Shown: one piece after another, positions 55,506 through 64,000 of the stretch
Layout: every line of letters starts with the position of its first letter
How positions within the stretch are numbered: position 1 is the stretch's first letter
Assembly: GCA_951406725.2 (NCBI GenBank)
Contig: OX597817.1
Span: forward strand, 23,250,001-23,314,000
DNA: 64,000 nt
From: Octopus vulgaris
Lineage: Eukaryota
Direction: 5' to 3'
The notes under the pieces: model-generated
Told to the model about the DNA's origin: nothing
Databases searched by the model: none
What the model saw: the letters and a program-made list of their open reading frames with translations, nothing else
Position numbers and translations under genes: made by a program

Positions 55506-55515
<10 letters not shown>
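54776..55515 (-). mobile_element. Possible non-autonomous Helitron-like element
   Basis: Bounded by (TA)n; minus strand starts tatataaataaaatggtttgtgtgt..gtgtgtctgtg and ends ...ttagta (CTAG-like). No clear 3' hairpin. Confidence 0.3.
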
Positions 55516-55571
<56 letters not shown>

Positions 55572-57754
55572 TATAGTTATACATACATACAAACTTTGAA
55601 GCTTCATAATCTAGACTTCATATTCATATTCATACCAATAATAATTTGAGCACTAGATTTTGTTAATAAATGACTAATATAAAATCTGGATAAACTGGGA
55701 TTTTCAAAAAGAGAAATTGACCGGCTGGTTTGTATATTACAAGTACAATCCGTGAGTGGAACAGTAACAATATGCAAGACTTTTCTCAATTTCCAAATGA
55801 GAATTTGTCTGTGTTAAATTAATCCCAAATATCGGGCCTTGTATCTTTGCTGGAAACCGACTCCCTCCTTAGTGAAATTTATAATATTTGAAAAATAGAG
55901 GTAACATACATGCATTCACGCACTTCATAGTACAAATGCAATGAAAAATACTCAGCACACTTATGGCGTGGAATTTTCACCAACAATTCCACGATCAGAG
56001 GTGTTATGAAGTTATTAATTGCATCGTGAAGTAGTCTTATCCTTATTAAGATTTTATATGTATATAACAGTTTGAAGCAAATTAGATTTGGTTATTGCCT
56101 TGAGTACCTGGGCTATAAGCAATTTAATGAGTGAATTGAATACGGAGAAGTGGTGTGAGAAATGAGTGGAATGTTCGACGATGAGAAAAATAGAGACTAT
56201 CCGGGATAAGAAAAATGAATAGGAGCAAGAGTAAGAATTGGATAGCCAATGAGTATAACGCAAATGTGTGAGATAAGTGTCTGAAGGAAGGTAAAATGAC
56301 AAAACGAAGTTCATGTAAAGGGTATGAGCGGGTGAAAGAGTGATATGGAAAATCTTCTTCGGAAAATCAAATTAATTAAGAACGCACCCTAACAATATTC
56401 ATAATTTAGAACTACATGATTATATAACTAGTGGAAATAAGTGGTTCAAATCAACTAAACGCAAGCAACCATGAACGTGCGGTGGTACAAGTTGTAATAA
56501 ATCAACGAAGCGTCAATTGCGTGTATATAAATTCAATCATTCTTACATATACATGTGTAGATGTGCTCTGATTTACAGGCATTTACATATGAGTGTGCGT
56601 ATATATTTACTCAAACACAAATAGGATCATACGCAGCCCTATGTATCTATACATTCAGCACTGCACACACATAGGCAATATGATTATAAAGTTTACGAAT
56701 GGAACTAACAGTATGCAATATTTCATTGAAAGGACTTTTGAGATGCAAATACATAACAATTTGATACGTGGATTCATACCTTGTAGAAGAGAGGCCTTCA
56801 ATTTGAGCATCGCTTGACCTGAAATAGATGGAAATGGTGAGTGGAGATCGAAGGGCGATAGAATTATATTTATTCTTTCTACGGCGAATATAGAAATGAT
56901 AAGCACCTTCAATACAGGAAGCTTCCTTCTATGAATTGTAAATTTTTATTTTTACATGAAATAAAATTATAATCGTATCTGATATTCGACCGAAGTTCCT
57001 CATTTGGTATGTTTTGGAGACTAATAACTTCAAACAGCAATTTCTCTAGTTATTTCCAGGAAGGAAAAGACAATACTATATCCGGAAGAAAATGAGAAAC
57101 CATAACGATCCAGAAATCATTTTCACAGCACAGAGAAGTTAATGTAAATAACCCGGTAAATTGATGAAACATAACATACAAGCTTTCATACATATATACC
57201 GATATATAACAATTATATATATATATATACTGGCATATACACACATATATATATGGAATTCCGACAGAAAGCTATTTCAATTTAATTGTAAAGAAAATTG
57301 CACATAAATGCCACACCCCAGTTCACTTTACTTAGCAATACAACATGAAAATCTAATCACATGTAACAAAAATGGTTTTAAACATGCATTTCCGTTGTGG
57401 CATTATGGAAAATCAATGAGGTATAACGCTAGAGTGGCGAAAATGTACGATATTCCCCTTATCGTTACATTAGGAACAACGGCAATATAAGATTTAAACG
57501 ATGAATAAAGATATTTTGATAAAAAGTAAACTACAATGAGGAAAGCTATAGGAGAATGTAAGGAGAAAAAACTATTAAATGATGAAGTGGAATGTAATGA
57601 GTGATCCGTAATAAAAGTGCATAGATATCTATCTCTCCATTTATCGCTACCTCTCTCTCTCCCTCCGTCTATCTATATATCTATCTTTCTATCTATTAAT
57701 CTGTATATCCCGTGTATATGCGTATACATACGTACATTATACATACACACACAC

Positions 57755-57788
<34 letters not shown>

Positions 57789-57919
57789 GGGGAGAGGGAA
57801 AGAGAGGGAAGGAGAGAAGGGGGTAGATACATAGATATAGGGACATGATGTAAATCTCTACACATGTAAAACAAAATTTAGAAAGTATCGAAGGTCAGTA
57901 TAGTAATTCAACCACTTAC

Positions 57920-57953
57920 CATCCTCAGAATATATATATAGCGATGGCTCCAT
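57920..57953 (-). CDS. Putative first coding exon (MEPSLYIYSED + G)
   Basis: Kozak-like gggaagATGG; consensus donor ATG|GTAAGT; phase 1. The exon may extend to a NAGNAG acceptor near 58044-58049. Confidence 0.45.
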
Positions 57954-58111
57954 CTTCCCAAATAATTACAGTGTCCTCCTCCTTTCACATGTGAATGGTA
58001 GCTCTGACACTCCGTCCATTAACTCTCTGACGGTATATTATTCCCTGCTATGTGTAAATATTCATACCCTTATGTATTGCAGCATGTATATCTATATATC
58101 TACATATCTAT

Positions 58112-58163
<52 letters not shown>

Positions 58164-58174
58164 ATCTATATCTA

Positions 58175-58203
<29 letters not shown>

Positions 58204-58205
<2 letters not shown>

Positions 58206-58808
58206 GGCGAAAGAATGTATCTGGTGGACGCGTCTGAAAGGATTGGAGACAAACACTTTCCTCTCTGGTCAATCTCTCATCAACTTCTTCAAGTACCACT
58301 TGAAAAGGAAAGTGAGAGTAGAGAGGCAAGTTTTGTCTAGCGAATGTTTTAAAAAAAGATGGGTGAATGTAGCAAGAATGGCACGTATGAATGACGAAGC
58401 CACCTTGAGCATAGTCCTATGAACCCAGAAATCGAAAACAGAGAGTTGCTTATTTGCAAAAAAAAAAAAAAAAAAAAAGAAATATAAAATGTGACTTCAT
58501 TGACCGAGGTTACCGTGGTCTTTTCCGTAGGCTTTTCTTTCCACGGGTAAACCTCACCTGTCCTCCCCTTTACACTTCATATTGACATTTCTGTGATAAC
58601 GATCCCTATTGATCAATTTTTTTTTCCTCCCCCACTTTTTTTAACCCCCCCTTTTTTTGTCCTCTTTCTCTCCTTTTACGATCCCTTTTGATCGAAACTC
58701 CCCCCTTCCTTTTTTTTTTTTTTTTTTTTTTCTAACCCTTCAAAAGAAAAGCTCTACCTTGTAATTTGTTCTATCTGTGTGCAGCCCGGTGTGGCTAATA
58801 AAGAAACA
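58204..58808 (+). mobile_element. 3' end of an L1/Tx1-like LINE inserted in (TATC)n
   Basis: MAKECIWWTRLKG...INFFKYHLKRKVRVER...FKKRW resembles an L1/Tx1 ORF2 C-terminus (K..IW..R); pyrimidine-rich 3' UTR, AATAAA, and (TATC)n on both sides. Confidence 0.65.
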
Positions 58809-58826
58809 TATCTATCTATCTATCTA

Positions 58827-58896
<70 letters not shown>

Positions 58897-60322
58897 TATT
58901 CAAATATTAATTAGAACCAACTCGAGGGGTATAAACATTATCGAGCACATATACACAAGGTATGTGTTTTGCTAGTTCGTGAGTAGGCTGCGCTTTTAGG
59001 CTTAAGAGAATGTATTCTCATTAGTGCACCTGATTTTAAAGCACCAAGACGTCAGTCATAAACAGGATAAATTACTCGCATCAGGTCTCATTCAGGAGCG
59101 ATGGACATCGGTGATTCGTTATAAATGTATCCTACACACACCGCGTACCCGAACATGTCCTAATGTAAGCTAAGTCGCCGTCTATGATATATTTGCAAAA
59201 ATACGGTAAGAACCATTTGCGAGCATGTCCCAACGTTTCATGGTACGGAAAAGAATCAAATATGAATGTGAAACAGTTTGCGAGATATAAACGATACCGA
59301 AGACACATACACAAGAAATGTGCTTGGCTATATTGTTGGTTGGCTGCACTTTTAGGCAACAGAAAATATACTCACATTAAAGCGCCCGGTGAAACCATAA
59401 AAATTCAAGAGGCATGATAGGGTGTTATATTTTGTTACAGAAAATCGTCATTAGCCTTACAGCCGTTTCGCACCCTTCATCTTATTATACTAATTTCCTT
59501 GTATGATAAATTATATTCACATATCTGCGCTAATATGCATGTTATGCAAAATACAGTAGTGTTATATAAGAATAGGTAGCTCATCAGATAACCAGAATAT
59601 CATGGTTTACACCAATGCTTCAACTATAAGGATACATACAGAATCTTCTCTTTACATGTACAATGTATGGAAGCGGGATACTATGTGGCCTGCGAGTGGA
59701 ATCGCCTTGAAAAACTTCCAGTGATTGCAATACGATTCTGTGAATTTTTACACGCACACACATGCACACACACACACATCACAAACATACACAAGCAAAC
59801 AAACACACAAACACGACATGCGTGCTCACAAACATAAACACATATATATGTATACAGTTGTATTCTCATACAGTTTAAACATCATTACTAATATATTTAT
59901 GATTTTTTGAAGATTCTCTCACTCCTCTGGTTCGTCTTGTTAGGTAATGTCTTGTATTTTGAAAACAAAAAGAAAAAAAAAACATTTAATAGTTACATTA
60001 ATTGTAATTGTACAGAATTTACACTTCGAAGAATGTAGTGTATCTCTCGTTTTAAAGCATGGGCCATTGAGTTTCTATAACGTAAAACATGTTCAGACAC
60101 GGGCAGAGAAATTCCACTTCATTATATTGCAGTAATTTCTTCTGAGTCAATTCGTTCGGACAGACTTGATGGGTAGCGTATCATGCCATAAATCCCATTA
60201 TAATAGATGAAGAATCGATAGTGGCCGTTATTTTTATATTTATATACACACTTACATATACACATATGTGTGTGAGTCTGTCTATGCATATACATAGATA
60301 CATATATATATATATACATATA

Positions 60323-60495
<173 letters not shown>

Positions 60496-61864
60496 TGTAT
60501 ATATATATTTATATATGTATATGTATATATATGTATACACACACACACACTTATATGAATATGTATGCACTTAATTTTTTTCTCTGATAGAGACTTGCAT
60601 ACAAATATCGGGATTTCTACCTCTGTATTTACAATAAACTATCGTATTTTGAACGAGGAACATGTTTCAGTTAACACTTTGTATTCCGATCTATGTAAAA
60701 GAGTAATAGAGATCAGCTGAGCTAATCAGACAGATTCCATTCATTAATATTCTCCACTGCATCATTGCTTGTATATCCATATATATAAGCCATAATCGTA
60801 TTTTGTTCATTTTATAAAGTTGCCGTGATATTAGGAATTTACATGCATAAAAATGTATACATGTATACATGAATACACAAATGCACACACATACACGCAG
60901 ACACACATGCACACAGTCACACACACGCGCACAAACGCACACACTCACATGCATATATCATAAGTGAGAGGAAAGGATATAGCGATGCAATTATCTATAC
61001 TCTTTTTATTATTACGATCATTTACTTTGCGTTGTGTGTTCTTTTGGGGGTTTTTTTTCTGCAATATGCATATAAGAAAAACATTCCTGCATATTCTGGT
61101 ATATCTCCATTATTCTATACTTCTATTGTGTATAAATATACATAAACACTCATACACATCAATGTTTGTATTTCATTTATTTTGTATGTGATTTTGCATA
61201 AACCGTCTTTTATCCATAATGATCCTCATAATATTCTAGCTTAAATGATTCATCTGAGAATTTGAAATGATTCATCTAGGAAATTTTTGATAAAGTTCGG
61301 GAACGTGGGGAAGGGGGATTTGAGAATGGAATAGATAAGCTGACGCAGATATGGAATTTAGTCTTTCAAAACTCATCAATTGAGTTATCATAATTCTTAT
61401 ATAAAGAAATATGTAAAGTGTTTTGCCAAAAGGTAATGAACAAGTTCTTAGCGCTCTGGCACCATATTCCAGAATGTGGTTTCAGTAAAAGTTGCCACAT
61501 AACATGAAAGGGGCAGGCTAAAAAGCCCTTTTAGGTCACGCGTGCTTGAACTCAATTCATTATATTGGGATATATTTTTCATGCTCCAATATCATTTAAA
61601 CCATATTTGTTGAACCATACATTTCGTTTTAATTCTTGTGTATAAAGCGAGGTGTCACTTCTTACGGCTTCTGTAAAACTGCATTTAACGTTGAGTTTAA
61701 TGCCGTTAAATTCCTTCAGAATAATTTACCAAATAATACCAACTGAAAAAATACGAATTGCATTTTTATAACCTATTACTTAATATTTCGTACATAAATC
61801 TAAATTAATTTTTATATTAATATTTCCTTAACCGAAATAAATAAATAAAAAACAATTGCGCCCT

Positions 61865-62098
61865 TTTAAAGCCTAGCTAGGCTCATGGGCCTGTTTTCCC
61901 GGTTTCTACGGCATATGTGTTCCCCAGCTGGACGGGAAGCTAGTCCATCGCAGCCTTACTCATTTTTGCCAGCTGAGTGGACTGGAGCAACGTGAAGTAT
62001 TTTGCTCAAAAACACGGCGCGTTGCCCGGTCCAGGAATCGAAACCACAATCTTACAATCATGGTGCTGACACCCTAACCACTAAGCCACGCGCCTCCA
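61865..62098 (-). mobile_element. tRNA-derived SINE
   Basis: Head tggaggcgcgtggcttagtggttaggg...ggtttcgattcc; tail homologous to the 46812 copy. Confidence 0.8.
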
Positions 62099-62329
62099 TT
62101 TAAAAATAAAAGAAATGGCGAATACTTTAGGTTACAAGGATCATAAACTGATATTGTCCTATCATATTTCGTTATTGTTTTCAAGAATAATTAAATTTTG
62201 AAAATTATAGCTTTCAGGTTATAATATTCTCTTTGAAATACGATCGACAGATAGCGGATATCTTGACTGCAGCTCTCAAAATTGAAAATAGCGCGGGTAT
62301 ATGATATAGAAAAATAAAAAGTGAAAGAG

Positions 62330-62705
62330 ATCATACATACACGTACACAGACACACACACAAGATAATGACAATAACAATCGCATGTGTAGATTGTAAGA
62401 AATCCTATGATATGACTACAAATTTATGGATAAGTGAATGCTTTTGCATATAGATTCAATATTACAGGTAACATTACAAGAGATTCAGTTGACATGAAGA
62501 AATGGAAAGGAGATCAGTACTCTGGCTATACAACCTTAGGAAAAGTTAGAATCACAACAGAAATATTCCAGGGTGACTCGTTATCCCCATTCATATTTGT
62601 GGTGTATTTAATCATCCCCCCACAGTTTAGTTTTAAGAAAGGTATAGGCAGAATATTAGTTTTGAAATATTAAAGGCAAAATAAACTATTTGCTCTTGAT
62701 GGATG
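62330..62705 (+). mobile_element. RT fragment of an R4/Dong-like LINE
   Basis: GKVRITTEIFQGDSLSPFIFVV (RT motif QGDSLSP) followed by NYLLLMD (YMDD-like). Confidence 0.75.
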
Positions 62706-63421
62706 GTTCGCAGCTTTCTAGAAAGAATAAGAATAGCGACAGCTTATTTTATGCAAACATACCAAGGAATTGACGAACTTTTAATTCAGAGATCCCCTGA
62801 CAGGAATTGCTATAGACAAAATATGGTCTACAAATATAATGTTTTAACACAAAGCAACTTCAGATTTTACCTTGTATATTATGTTGATTGAAAGAAAAAA
62901 TGTGTTTTTTTTTCCGACACTAGAATCTCTCATACAAAATCACTTTTCGAATATATACTTTACTTAAAATCAAGTAAAAAGAATTCAGTCGTCTATAATA
63001 TGTACTTTTGATCCTTATAAAATGGAAACGCCACAAGCGATTATATTTGAATAAAGCATTGGGAATACTTATGGCTTGTGATGACCTTCTTAGCAGAGAA
63101 AGTGATCCTTATGAAATGCTTACACAAAAGTTCAACATTTTCAAATTGCCTGAGAATGCATTTAAGAACAATACTAATGATTATCACAGATTTTGTGTTT
63201 ATATATCTACATTTATTTTCCTCAAAATATACGTAAACAACACATTCTCCTATATGTCAGTATGTGTGTGTCTATGCTTGTTTATAATGATATGTGTGTA
63301 TGTAACTATATATATATATATATATATATGCATATGTAACTATATATATACATATATATCTGTTTGTGTATGTGCATGTGTGTGTATGTATCGCACTATA
63401 TGTATGTGTGTTTATATGCAC

Positions 63422-63465
<44 letters not shown>

Positions 63466-63965
63466 TCATGTATATACATGTATTTTTTGTATGTATGAGC
63501 GTATATGTGCATATTACATATATTGACAAAACCATACCTTTAGTTCCTATAAGTCATTTCTACCAGTCTATAAATTTCGATCTGTAACTCTTCTCACCGT
63601 TTACTTCCGCTAAATATATCTATTTCCAAGCCTTTAATTATTATTCTTATTCACCTATCGCACTATATCATTTCGCTTTTGGTTTTCTTCTAATTTCTTT
63701 CTTCCTCCTTCCCTTTCTATATATTACCTTTGACGTTGTATCTATGAATGAATTTTTAAAAATAACTTATTAGCGTTTCCTCTCATCATATATGCAGTAA
63801 TCATATTCGGTTAAACTGTCTTATTGATGTGTTTTCTTTCTCTTTTTTTTTCCTGGTGGTTTGCATTGTTTTTAAATCATATTATTTCTTCTAGAATAAT
63901 ATCAATGTTTTCTTCGAAACAAACGTCGGAATTATAAAGATTTGAACAACACTGCGTTTAACTCC

Positions 63966-64000
<35 letters not shown>

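Overview
AT-rich, microsatellite-saturated animal genomic DNA whose repeat content resembles a coleoid cephalopod (Octopus-like) genome; that assignment is inferred. Almost all supplied ORFs are microsatellite read-throughs or transposon debris. The window holds decayed retroelements: RTE, CR1, Tx1/L1-like and R4/Dong-like LINEs, Penelope-like elements (PLEs), a gypsy LTR element and several tRNA-derived SINE families. It also holds mariner DNA transposons and MITEs. Highlights: (1) three small unique-sequence segments on the minus strand (57920-57953, 38569-38618, 17393-17431) have good splice sites and compatible phases and splice into a 40-aa peptide whose stop overlaps (TAATG) the start of a 76-aa ORF; (2) several hammerhead-ribozyme motifs and long fold-back hairpins in (TA)n-flanked PLE-type remnants, one fully canonical (52531-52611); (3) a 210-bp local templated insertion inside a mariner; (4) a SINE that shares its 3' tail with a Tx1-like LINE; (5) an RTE C-terminus with three C2H2 fingers. 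All calls were made by eye, without database searches.
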